Below, one piece after another: positions 1-8,696 of a stretch of 64,000 nucleotides of DNA. Source of the stretch: an uncultured Alphaproteobacteria bacterium (lineage in GTDB: Bacteria > Bacteroidota > Ignavibacteria > Palsa-1295). Numbering within the stretch: position 1 is the stretch's first letter; the number at the start of each line of letters is the position of its first letter. The notes beneath the pieces were generated by a model. That model was given only the letters and a program-made list of their open reading frames with translations. It ran no database searches and was not told the DNA's origin. The stretch is from NCBI GenBank assembly GCA_964404255.1, contig CAYOJJ010000001.1, forward strand, positions 243,639 through 307,638, in the 5' to 3' direction. Both the position numbers and the translations under genes were made by a program.

Positions 1-775
1 GTGCCTTGTATTGGTTGAAGGAAAGATCATTCGCTCGCAGGTATTATTTCATTTCGATCAAAGTACCGGCAAAATGGAAGGTAATTGGGGCAATGACGAT
101 AACCCCGGTGAGACGCGCGGCATTGCCGACGAGCGGTGGGTCTATATGCGCGAGCGCTTTACTATCGGCGGAGAAAGTAAAGCTTCCATTGAAGTGTACT
201 CCGATATTGGTAAATTCCTCGAGCCATTCTTCAGGGGTTTGCCGGTAACGATTGCCGTCAGCGGTGCACAGAATTCTATTGCCTACTATGCCGATTTTAA
301 CCGCGTAGTAAATGTCTTCGGTCTTACCGATAAACATATCGCTATGCAGGCCGTCACCAAGCGCGGCCGCATCGGCCATGAAAAGAAAGCCTCGAATGAA
401 TACCTTGCCGATGCCGGGGTACATTACTACCTGTATAATATTCGTGAAGAGCCGCCGAAGCCGCTGGCTTGGGATATGGCGGTATTCGGGCTTACTCCGT
501 TTAATCTTTTCCTAAGCGCGCGGGTAGTTAATTATGACAAGGCAATAACTACCGAACTGGAAAAGCGGTTTGCTGCGGCAGGAGTGCCCATCTCCTTACA
601 GCATTACGATGAGGTCCTGCAGAATTACCTGACGAATATTATGCCGACCCTCACACTCGCTCAGGCTGAAGAGAATTACACGCGCTTCAAGAGTTTATAC
701 TTCCGCAACCATCCCGATCCAAGCGCCGAGCAGAAGATGAAGGACTATATTGCCCAGAAAAAACAAACTCCCTAA
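1..775 (+). CDS. 5'-truncated CDS (runs off window start): C-terminal soluble domain paralogous to the C-terminus of the GT-C-like membrane protein at 775-2679
   Basis: The frame is open from position 2 with no stop before the window edge. The TTG at 11 is only an ORF-caller start. 'GIADERWVYMRERF...PFFRGLP...GAQN.IAYYA.F...GLTD..IA.Q...RGRIGHEK' is near-identical to residues ~400-634 of the next gene ('GIADERWVYMRKRL...'). The stop TAA overlaps the next ATG (TAATG). Confidence 0.6.
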   Translation, partial: CLVLVEGKIIRSQVLFHFDQSTGKMEGNWGNDDNPGETRGIADERWVYMRERFTIGGESKASIEVYSDIGKFLEPFFRGLPVTIAVSGAQNSIAYYADFNRVVNVFGLTDKHIAMQAVTKRGRIGHEKKASNEYLADAGVHYYLYNIREEPPKPLAWDMAVFGLTPFNLFLSARVVNYDKAITTELEKRFAAAGVPISLQHYDEVLQNYLTNIMPTLTLAQAEENYTRFKSLYFRNHPDPSAEQKMKDYIAQKKQTP

Positions 776-2679
776 TGGCATCGCAACGCAAAAAACAAGC
801 GCCGGTAAAAAAAGAACCAGCCACCGCCAGATCTTCTTCGATCTATTTTTATATTGGCGCGCTGGCCTCCCTGGTGATGGGATTGTATCATGCTATTAAA
901 CTGAGTTGGGTTTGTGACGATGCCTTCATTACTTTCCGCTATGTAAAAAATTTTGTAGATGGTAATGGCATCGTCTATAATATCGGAGAGCGGGTTGAAG
1001 GCTATACCCATTTTCTGTGGTTGCTTATTCTTTCAGGCTGTCAATGGCTTGGCTTCGAGCAGGTGAATGCCAGTATGGTGGTCGGTATTATCTGCTTTGC
1101 AATTCTTCTGGTTCTCTATATTGCTATTTCTGCAAAAGAAGCCCGCAGCAAGGCATCGCTTACCATCGCTTTACCGCTTGCCGCTTTACTACTATCGTTG
1201 AATTATGATATGAATGTATGGGCAAGCGGAGGACTTGAGACAAGCCTTTATACGCTTCTGCTCTCATCAGCCTTTTATGTCTGGTTCTATTCGAATCTCT
1301 CACGGCCGTTAAAACTCATGGGCGTTGGAAAGCTCCTGACGCTTGCAACATTATCACGGCCCGAGGGTGCGCTTTTTATTATACTTGCCGTAGCGCTGCT
1401 TGCCATTTATGAGTTAAGACGTAAGCACGCTCTCTCTTCGCTTATTAAAGATCTCGGGCTGATGGTGCTGCCAGTAATTGTGATCGGTATTCCATATCTT
1501 CTATGGAAGTATAATTACTATGGCGATCTGCTTCCGAATACCTTTTATACAAAGAGCGCCGGTAGTTCGTATTTCGGTCAGGGGTTCTTTTATATCTGGC
1601 TATTCTTCCGGGTATATTTCACCTGTGGAATTGCGCTACTGGCTCTCGGTGTATATTCTCTGTATCGGCGAAACAAGCATTCGGGAGTAACGACTGGACT
1701 GCCTTCCGGTTCGCCGGTCATTACCGCTATCACTGCTATTACAGTTTATCTTATTTTGTATGTAGCGCAGGTCGGCGGCGATTTCATGTTTGCCCGCTTT
1801 ATCATTCCGATACTGCCGTTGATGTATTACCTCATCGAGCGCGGAATGTGGCAATTGACACAGGAGCGCAAAGCACTCGGCCTTTCACTTTCGGCACTCT
1901 TGCTGCTTGCACTTATCGGCGAAGATCATCTGCGCGAGAATGTGCTTCTTCACGTGGATGCGAAGAGCGGTGAGCAGATGGGTAATTGGGACGATAAAGG
2001 CGGCGGAGAAACGCATGGTATTGCCGACGAGCGGTGGGTCTATATGCGAAAGCGGCTGAATCTCAATGGAGTCGAACGAAGCTCGATGGATGCCTATTCT
2101 GAGATCGGACAATTCTATGAGCCGTTCTTTCGAGGCTTGCCGATCACCATTGAAATCAATGGCGCCCAGAATATGATCGCCTATTACGCCAATTTCCGAA
2201 CAGTGATCAATGAGTACGGACTTACCGATTCTTTCATCGCGCATCAGCCTATCAACCTGCGCGGTAGGATCGGCCATGAAAAGACTGCGCCGGATTCGTA
2301 CCTCGTCAAGCGGGGTGTTCAATTTCAGCTTTTCGGTATTGCACCGAAAAAACCCGATCAGATCTCTTACGACATGGTCGTCTTCGAATTACCGTATGGG
2401 TTATTTCAGGTCGCGCGTATGATCACCTACGACAAGGAAGTAATGGCTGAAGTCCAGAAGCGGTTTAATGCTGCCGGGTTGCATCCGATCATTCCGCATT
2501 ATGAGCGCATTCTGCCAAAATACGTCCGCGATATTATGCCGAAACTGCCGCTCGAACAAGTTGTCAACGATTATGGCGGCTTCAAACAACTATATCTAAA
2601 CCGCTATAAAGACACTGCTTCCGAACATGCTATTCAGGAGTATATAGAGAAAAAACAGAAACAAACACAAGTGAAATAA
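775..2679 (+). CDS. Polytopic membrane protein, GT-C-fold glycosyltransferase-like (DD motif after TM1), with a ~250 aa C-terminal soluble domain
   Basis: 634 aa with at least 10 hydrophobic helices in the N-terminal ~370 aa. 'SWVCDDAFITFRYVKNFVDGNGIVYNIGERVEGYTHFLWLLIL' follows the first TM. 'LSRPEGALF' and 'DLLPNTFYTKSAG' are shared with the paralog at 29355-30905. The C-terminal domain is shared with the upstream partial gene. Confidence 0.7.
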   Translation: MASQRKKQAPVKKEPATARSSSIYFYIGALASLVMGLYHAIKLSWVCDDAFITFRYVKNFVDGNGIVYNIGERVEGYTHFLWLLILSGCQWLGFEQVNASMVVGIICFAILLVLYIAISAKEARSKASLTIALPLAALLLSLNYDMNVWASGGLETSLYTLLLSSAFYVWFYSNLSRPLKLMGVGKLLTLATLSRPEGALFIILAVALLAIYELRRKHALSSLIKDLGLMVLPVIVIGIPYLLWKYNYYGDLLPNTFYTKSAGSSYFGQGFFYIWLFFRVYFTCGIALLALGVYSLYRRNKHSGVTTGLPSGSPVITAITAITVYLILYVAQVGGDFMFARFIIPILPLMYYLIERGMWQLTQERKALGLSLSALLLLALIGEDHLRENVLLHVDAKSGEQMGNWDDKGGGETHGIADERWVYMRKRLNLNGVERSSMDAYSEIGQFYEPFFRGLPITIEINGAQNMIAYYANFRTVINEYGLTDSFIAHQPINLRGRIGHEKTAPDSYLVKRGVQFQLFGIAPKKPDQISYDMVVFELPYGLFQVARMITYDKEVMAEVQKRFNAAGLHPIIPHYERILPKYVRDIMPKLPLEQVVNDYGGFKQLYLNRYKDTASEHAIQEYIEKKQKQTQVK

Positions 2680-2691
2680 CAAGTGGCTATA

Positions 2692-3177
2692 TTAATGATT
2701 CGTTATAGCAAATTTACCGATCGGTAACATCTTCCCAAAATGATTGAGTTGGATATAATATACTCCAAATGCAAAACTTGATACATCGAGTGTCAGCTTT
2801 CCTGTTTCAGGTATTAAAGCCTGAAAGACTTCACGCCCTAGCATATCTAAAATATGAATGGGATGCAGCAGATCATTGGATATGACATGGAGCACTGTAG
2901 AAGCAGGATTAGGAAAAATATAGGTCGCATTAACTATCCTCTCATAGGATTCAACATGAGATAGTTTTATTGAGCCTATAGATGTAGTGGCTGTATCTGT
3001 CTTATAATAAATAACTGTACCTGAATCTTGATTAGATAATACCCCAGAACAGACATATAAGATGGTATCCTCAGCGACGGGATGAGTTACCTGCCAGAGA
3101 AATTGTGCTCTTACTCCCACGTAGCTTAGGAGTAAGAGCGCTACAATTAAAAATAATACTCTACTCTTCACAATCAA
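2692..3177 (-). CDS. Small secreted protein with T9SS C-terminal sorting domain (Por secretion tail)
   Basis: Signal peptide MIVKSRVLFLIVALLLLSYVGVRAQ. C-terminal ~80 aa 'YIFPNPASTVLHVISNDL...YYIQL' resembles type-A T9SS CTDs. The region is low-GC. Confidence 0.7.
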   Translation of the reverse strand: MIVKSRVLFLIVALLLLSYVGVRAQFLWQVTHPVAEDTILYVCSGVLSNQDSGTVIYYKTDTATTSIGSIKLSHVESYERIVNATYIFPNPASTVLHVISNDLLHPIHILDMLGREVFQALIPETGKLTLDVSSFAFGVYYIQLNHFGKMLPIGKFAITNH

Positions 3178-3766
3178 ATGTATAGCATTGATTAAGTATC
3201 AATTGTCCATGAGGTTTTAAGCAATGAGTGTTTGGACCGATTACATCATAGCCACTCCATACCACTATTGGTTGATGAGTTATTTCATCACAATCGTACA
3301 TAGAGCTTTTTTCACAATAAGTACCTTCGCTGCATTGATCATATTCATACTCATTCGGTCCTGTCATAACTAATTTCCAGCAGATGGCTCTGTAGACAGC
3401 ACTGTTTATTCTTGCGTTACACGGATCAATAGCAGCCGGAATACTCGAAAGGAAATTAACCGCGTCTTTCATTAAATCCTGAGGATCTATGGGGTCGCAA
3501 TTGGAGTTTAACGGATCCGGAATAATTTGGAAGATAAAATACTGCCATTCGTTGGTTGGGCCTGTAGTAATCTCACGTGAACAAAAATTTACTATATATC
3601 CACAACCAGTAGTGCCATACATCAGATGTCTTGAAGCTGTGGTCCATGGTACAGAAGTAGGTTCTATATCGGTCGGGCATTGAGCTTCGGCTGTTAAAGA
3701 ATAGCCGAAAGACAACACCATCGAAAATAAAACCACCAAGAAGCTGACACGAAGTAAGATTTTCAT
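3161..3766 (-). CDS. Secreted cysteine-rich protein (~14 Cys), function unknown
   Basis: Signal peptide MKILLRVSFLVVLFSMVLSFGYSLTAEA. Many cysteines in CxxxC-like spacing. Overlaps the downstream T9SS-cargo gene by 17 nt on the same strand. AT-rich coding sequence. Confidence 0.6.
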   Translation of the reverse strand: MKILLRVSFLVVLFSMVLSFGYSLTAEAQCPTDIEPTSVPWTTASRHLMYGTTGCGYIVNFCSREITTGPTNEWQYFIFQIIPDPLNSNCDPIDPQDLMKDAVNFLSSIPAAIDPCNARINSAVYRAICWKLVMTGPNEYEYDQCSEGTYCEKSSMYDCDEITHQPIVVWSGYDVIGPNTHCLKPHGQLILNQCYTFDCEE

Positions 3767-3944
3767 AATTTTAGAGAATAAGTAAGTGAAAAGTGCATGT
3801 CTATTAGAGGAACAAGACTAATATACATGTAAAAAAGCAAACAGGTCATTATTTTTTTAATTCCCCATAAGATTTATTATATTATAAACTCAGGTACGGT
3901 ATTTCGTAGTTTTGTAATAACGTTTACGAACCACTTTTTACCTT

Positions 3945-4961
3945 ATGAATCCAATCAGCGGGTTATCGATCGGTATCATCATCGCCGCCTTCTTTTTCCT
4001 GATCTTTATTTTGTATATGGTCCCTCTCGGGCTTTGGATCACGGCCATTTCTTCGGGCGTTAAAGTCCGCATTTTCGGCGATCTTGTCGGGATGCGCTTT
4101 CGTAAAGTACCGCCGGATGTAATCGTGCGCTCGAAGATTACTGCTCAAAAAGCAGGTATTCCGGTGGATATTCCGCGTCTGGAAGCTCATTATCTTGCCG
4201 GCGGAAATGTTGTTAAAGTCGTGAATGCACTCATCAGCGCTCATAAAGCGAATATCGATCTCGATTTCGACCGCGCCGCCGCTATCGATCTTGCTGGCCG
4301 CGATGTACTCGAAGCCGTAAAGCTTTCTGTTAACCCGAAGGTTATCGAAACCCCGCCGGTGGCTGCTGTTGCAAAGAATGGTATTCAGGTGACGGCTGTC
4401 GCCCGTGTTACAATCCGCGCTAATATCGAGCGCCTTGTCGGTGGTGCCGGTGAAGCAACGATCCTGGCCCGTGTTGGCGAAGGTATTGTTACCACGATCG
4501 GTTCGAGCGAATCACATAAAGAAGTTCTTGAAAGCCCGGATAACATTTCCAAGACCGTACTGAATAAAGGCCTCGATTCCGGTACAGCCTATGAAATTCT
4601 TTCGATCGATATTGCGGACGTCGATGTCGGCCAGAATATCGGCGCTAAATTGCAGAGCGATCAGGCCGAAGCCGAACTGAAAATCGCCCGTGCTAAAGCC
4701 GAAGAGCGCCGCGCTTCTGCTATCGCTTACGAGCAGGAAATGAAAGCGAAGGTACAGGAAATGCGCGCCCGCGTTGTCGAGGCCGAAGCACAGATACCGA
4801 TGGCTATTTCCGAAGCTTTTCGTGGCGGCAAGCTCGGAGTAATGGATTATTACAATATGCAGAACGTCCAATCCGATACGGCAATGCGTAAGTCGATCGC
4901 CGAAAGCTCTTCGCCGGATATGGGTGCGATGGGCGGCGTCTCGACGACCGGTAATGCTTAA
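3945..4961 (+). CDS. floA: Flotillin-like protein FloA (UPF0365/YqfA family)
   Basis: An N-terminal TM followed by '[54 protein letters not shown]...[46 protein letters not shown]' matches the FloA family almost residue for residue. Confidence 0.9.
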   Translation: MNPISGLSIGIIIAAFFFLIFILYMVPLGLWITAISSGVKVRIFGDLVGMRFRKVPPDVIVRSKITAQKAGIPVDIPRLEAHYLAGGNVVKVVNALISAHKANIDLDFDRAAAIDLAGRDVLEAVKLSVNPKVIETPPVAAVAKNGIQVTAVARVTIRANIERLVGGAGEATILARVGEGIVTTIGSSESHKEVLESPDNISKTVLNKGLDSGTAYEILSIDIADVDVGQNIGAKLQSDQAEAELKIARAKAEERRASAIAYEQEMKAKVQEMRARVVEAEAQIPMAISEAFRGGKLGVMDYYNMQNVQSDTAMRKSIAESSSPDMGAMGGVSTTGNA

Positions 4962-5026
4962 GTACACCCGCACTGATTTAATAAAAACTTAACAGCTTTT
5001 TAAAAGCTCTGAGTAGTTACGATACC

Positions 5027-5707
5027 ATGAAATATTCCTATTTCATGGTATCGCTGTTTTTATGGGTAAGCTTATGCGGCTGTACTCATCATCCGGTTAT
5101 GGCCCCAACAGTATCGGATACCACAACTCCTGTTTCATTCTCTTACCAGGTGCTTCCTATTATCGAAAGCAGTTGCGGGGTTACGACCTGCCATGACGCC
5201 GGTACTCATCAGGCAGGATTAACTCTTTCTTCGTACGAAGCGATACGGGCACTGGTGCAGCCGGGAGATACAACCGGTAGTCTTCTCTATGAACGAATCA
5301 CGGCGAGCGATACTGCTCTTCGAATGCCGAAGGAGCCGGAGCTTACTCTTACGTCATTACAAAAAGTACTCTTGCGAAACTGGATCCTTCAGGGAGCGCC
5401 GAATTCCTCTGTTCCAACCGATACGATCGATACAACGCTTATTTCTTACAGGACGACTATCGCACCCATCTTTGAAATTCATTGCAGAGGCTGCCATAAT
5501 GAATTCGATCATGCCGGGCATTTCGATGCTACCAACATCGAACACCTACGCGCCTATGCCTCCGATGGCACGCTGCTTGGTGTGATCACCCATGAAAAAG
5601 ATTACCAACCGATGCCGCGCAATGCCGATACACTCGGACCGATGCTTTCAGCGGCTGATATTGCAAGAATACAAGCCTGGATAGATCGAGGCGCTTTAGA
5701 TAATTAG
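5027..5707 (+). CDS. Lipoprotein with two tandem PSCyt1-like (planctomycete cytochrome c-type) domains
   Basis: Lipobox 'VSLCGC'. Two repeats, each with a Cys-His motif ('CGVTTCH' is CX4CH; 'CRGCH' is CXXCH) followed by 'MP...L....L....WI..GAP' / 'MPRN...L...DIARIQAWIDRGA'. Confidence 0.6.
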   Translation: MKYSYFMVSLFLWVSLCGCTHHPVMAPTVSDTTTPVSFSYQVLPIIESSCGVTTCHDAGTHQAGLTLSSYEAIRALVQPGDTTGSLLYERITASDTALRMPKEPELTLTSLQKVLLRNWILQGAPNSSVPTDTIDTTLISYRTTIAPIFEIHCRGCHNEFDHAGHFDATNIEHLRAYASDGTLLGVITHEKDYQPMPRNADTLGPMLSAADIARIQAWIDRGALDN

Positions 5708-5719
5708 CTGTGAACTCCC

Positions 5720-7267
5720 TTATTGATACAGATCATTAAGCAACTGCTTTATGATTCTCTTTTGCTCGGGGGTAATGAGATAAAGAGCATTCAAGCTACT
5801 CGTTTTAATAGGGCTGAGACTATACGTTTGTCGATAGGCATCTATTAATTCACTCGAGGAAAGAAGATACAATTCTTCGGAGGCAAATACACTATCGGCC
5901 GGATAGCTAAAGGTGTTGATCTCTTTCCAATAATAGCCCATGTGCTCTTTATCGTAGGATAAGAACCGGGCATATTTATAACGCGGCTGCAATTCCTGCA
6001 TACATCTGGCGATCGAAGGCTCCGTCGAAGGATCGATCAGCACCATAGCGCTATCGTTGCGAATGCTCTGTATCAGTTTCATCGCGTCTTCCATCTCGGC
6101 TTCACCAGCTCTTAAACGTGCATTTGTCGATGAAAGGGTGGAAACAAGACGTAATGCAGCAGTTCGGATGCGTTCGCTGCTTGTACGATTAGCTTTTGCA
6201 AAGCTCGATTCTACCGGTAGTTGATAATAAGGGACGAAAAGAAAAAGCAGCAGGCTTACCACCGCAATGCTGCTAATTGTGCGAGAGGCATTGCGATAAT
6301 TGCTTACGATTGCTCGCACCGCTATCAATAGATAAGCCGGTGCAATAAGAAGAATATATCCCTTGGCATAATGCCGAAAGACGAAAAACAGGATAGCCGG
6401 TATAACCCAAATAAGTAGGGTTATCCATTGGCTTCGAATCGAGCGAACGGTTGCCGATGGCTTATAAAGTAAGAACCCGATCGAAGGCAAAACCACCCAC
6501 AATGCTATGCTCGCAAGGGTGGCAATATTTTGAGCAATGGTAGAATCGACCGTCGTAGTATCTACGAACAATAGCCAGTATGCTTTCCAACTGCCAACAG
6601 AATAGACCAGTGGCAATAACCAGATACACCAGCCAAGCACAAATGCAGCTACCACTATGCTACCGCTGCCCACATTCAGCTTCAGCTCGATTTTCCTCTT
6701 CCATAAGAGCCACAAGACCAATGGCAACAAGAAGACAATCGAGGACGGGCGAATACCGCCTGCAAGTCCGAGCAGCAATGCACCTACTGGCAAGCTTCGC
6801 TTAGTAATGGAATAAAAGGTATTAAAAATAACGAGCGAGCATGCAGCATCATACACATACATTTCACCCGTACATCCCTGATACATAAATACCGGGCAGG
6901 CCGCTAATAACAGCATCGCATACAGGCTCCCCTCAGCGCCCCATAATAACCGATAGGTTTTCCCAATGGCTGAAACCGCTATCATCATAAATATGGTATT
7001 GATGATCAGCAACGCTGTATGAGGCGATATGGGCAGTAACCGATAAAGGATATTCCATAGCAGAACGAGAATGGGATAGCCGGGAGAATGCGGCCGATAG
7101 TTACTCAGATCGAAACCATATCGAAGCGTTTGGCAGAAGTTGGCTGCATCCATAGTGGTCACGACCTTTTCTCCGAATAAAAGAACGATGGCGATTGGAG
7201 ATAGAATAACCAGCCACCTGAGCAGAGAGCGATCGGAGAATCTATTTTCTATGGAGTTCTCTTTCAC
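5720..7267 (-). CDS. Polytopic membrane protein, PMT/ArnT-like GT-C glycosyltransferase family (GT39/83-like) with C-terminal soluble domain
   Basis: 515 aa. The N-terminal ~350 aa are multi-TM with 'LRYGFDLSNYRPHSPGYPILVLLW'. The hydrophilic C-terminal ~150 aa are distinct from the 775-2679 family. Confidence 0.5.
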   Translation of the reverse strand: MKENSIENRFSDRSLLRWLVILSPIAIVLLFGEKVVTTMDAANFCQTLRYGFDLSNYRPHSPGYPILVLLWNILYRLLPISPHTALLIINTIFMMIAVSAIGKTYRLLWGAEGSLYAMLLLAACPVFMYQGCTGEMYVYDAACSLVIFNTFYSITKRSLPVGALLLGLAGGIRPSSIVFLLPLVLWLLWKRKIELKLNVGSGSIVVAAFVLGWCIWLLPLVYSVGSWKAYWLLFVDTTTVDSTIAQNIATLASIALWVVLPSIGFLLYKPSATVRSIRSQWITLLIWVIPAILFFVFRHYAKGYILLIAPAYLLIAVRAIVSNYRNASRTISSIAVVSLLLFLFVPYYQLPVESSFAKANRTSSERIRTAALRLVSTLSSTNARLRAGEAEMEDAMKLIQSIRNDSAMVLIDPSTEPSIARCMQELQPRYKYARFLSYDKEHMGYYWKEINTFSYPADSVFASEELYLLSSSELIDAYRQTYSLSPIKTSSLNALYLITPEQKRIIKQLLNDLYQ

Positions 7268-7274
7268 CTATTGA

Positions 7275-8672
7275 TTGTTTGATACAAAGATACCACTAAC
7301 CGCAACGCTGCAGAACACTCTTATGCTTATCCGCTCTATCTCCGGGCTTCGTGGCATCACTACTTCGGAATCGGGATTGACCGATGAAGTCGTGACCAAC
7401 TACGCCGTCTCTTTTGCTACTATGGTTAATAATACCGGTAAGATCGCCATCGGCTACGATGGGCGCCAGGGTGGGAAGCGGCTCTATGATCTGGTCTGTA
7501 AGGCGATCTGCGATGCCGGCTGTTCGGTCGTTGCTCTTGGGATGGTGCCGACGCCAACGGTAATGTTCGCGGCAGAAAAGAATGCCGATATTCTCGGCGG
7601 TATCTCTGTAACGGCAAGCCACAACCCCCAGCAATGGAACGGAATGAAGTTCATCAATCACGATGGCCTCTTTCTCGATGCCGAAGAGAATAATCATTTA
7701 TGGAGTATTGTCGATGAATCGAAATGGAAACATCCGCTTCATAAAGGCGAGATGCTCGAAGGGTCTTCCGTCGTAACGGCGCATCTGGATTCGGTACTTT
7801 CTATTCCTTTTCTTGCCCTCGAAGCGATCAAAGCTCGTACCTTTCGCGTTGTACTCGATACTGTTAATGCCAGCGGTTCGTTCATTCAACAAGAGTTATT
7901 GGAAAAGCTCGGTGTGGCGGAAGTGATCGCCATAGCGTGCGACGGCTCGGGGATCTTCCCTCATATTCCCGAGCCAATTCCTGAAAATCTTTCTTCGCTG
8001 TGCCTTGCCGTGCAGGCTCATAAAGCCGATCTCGGTATTGCGATCGATCCCGATGCCGATCGCTGCGTCCTGATAACCGAAACCGGTGAACCGTTTATCG
8101 AAGAGAATACGATCGTTCTTGCCGTCGAAGAAGTATTGAGTAATAGCGAAGCCGGAGCGGCAGTAGTAGTTAATCTTTCTACCACACGCGCTGTCGAAGA
8201 TATTGCCAATGAATACAAAGCAGTAGTGCACCGCACACCGGTCGGCGAGATCAACGTAGCACAGAAGATGCTCGAAACACTCTCTACCATCGGTGGCGAA
8301 GGCTCGGGCGGGGTGATCTATCCGCGAGTACATACTGGCAGAGATTCACTCGTTGCCGTCGCACTGGCCCTCAGTAACCTTTCACGAAGCGGCATGACGC
8401 TTTCCGAAAAGAAGCGCTCCCTGCCACATTATGAAATAGTAAAAGCAAAACGCACGTTATCGGATCGCTCCGAAGTATGGCCGGCCCTGCAGGCAATTAA
8501 AGAAAAGCTACTCCCGGTTATGACCGGCTGCAACGAAGACGACGGCCTGCGTATGGAATTTGGCAACAAATGGCTCCACGTCCGCGCCTCCAACACCGAG
8601 CCCATCATGCGTTTCATAGCCGAGGCCCCGACTAAAGAAGAAGCCGAAAAACTCATCGCAGAGGCCCAATAA
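7275..8672 (+). CDS. Alpha-D-phosphohexomutase (phosphoglucosamine mutase / phosphomannomutase family)
   Basis: Active-site serine motif 'GISVTASHNPQQWNGMKF'. 'SGLRGI' near the N-terminus; the true start may be the internal Met at 7323 ('MLIRSISGLRGI'). 'DPDADR' metal-binding loop. Confidence 0.85.
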   Translation: MFDTKIPLTATLQNTLMLIRSISGLRGITTSESGLTDEVVTNYAVSFATMVNNTGKIAIGYDGRQGGKRLYDLVCKAICDAGCSVVALGMVPTPTVMFAAEKNADILGGISVTASHNPQQWNGMKFINHDGLFLDAEENNHLWSIVDESKWKHPLHKGEMLEGSSVVTAHLDSVLSIPFLALEAIKARTFRVVLDTVNASGSFIQQELLEKLGVAEVIAIACDGSGIFPHIPEPIPENLSSLCLAVQAHKADLGIAIDPDADRCVLITETGEPFIEENTIVLAVEEVLSNSEAGAAVVVNLSTTRAVEDIANEYKAVVHRTPVGEINVAQKMLETLSTIGGEGSGGVIYPRVHTGRDSLVAVALALSNLSRSGMTLSEKKRSLPHYEIVKAKRTLSDRSEVWPALQAIKEKLLPVMTGCNEDDGLRMEFGNKWLHVRASNTEPIMRFIAEAPTKEEAEKLIAEAQ

Positions 8673-8696
8673 CACCATAAAATCAGGGCTTTATTT

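Larger units (their letters stand above)
2680..3940. other. Low-GC compositional islet (visibly AT-rich versus ~52% GC flanks)
   Basis: Base composition judged by eye across 2692-3944. It contains two unknown secreted-protein genes and an AT-rich 180-bp leader. Confidence 0.5.

Noticed and set aside
11-775. TTG at position 11 as the start of the first gene
   Set aside because: The frame is open all the way to the window edge, and the aligned paralog shows this is the C-terminal domain of a larger protein. The gene is 5'-truncated by the window.
4962-5026. Terminator after floA (AGCTTTTtAAAAGCT)
   Set aside because: The palindrome has a 1-nt loop and an AT-only stem, so it cannot form a stable terminator hairpin. 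It is more likely just AT-rich spacer.
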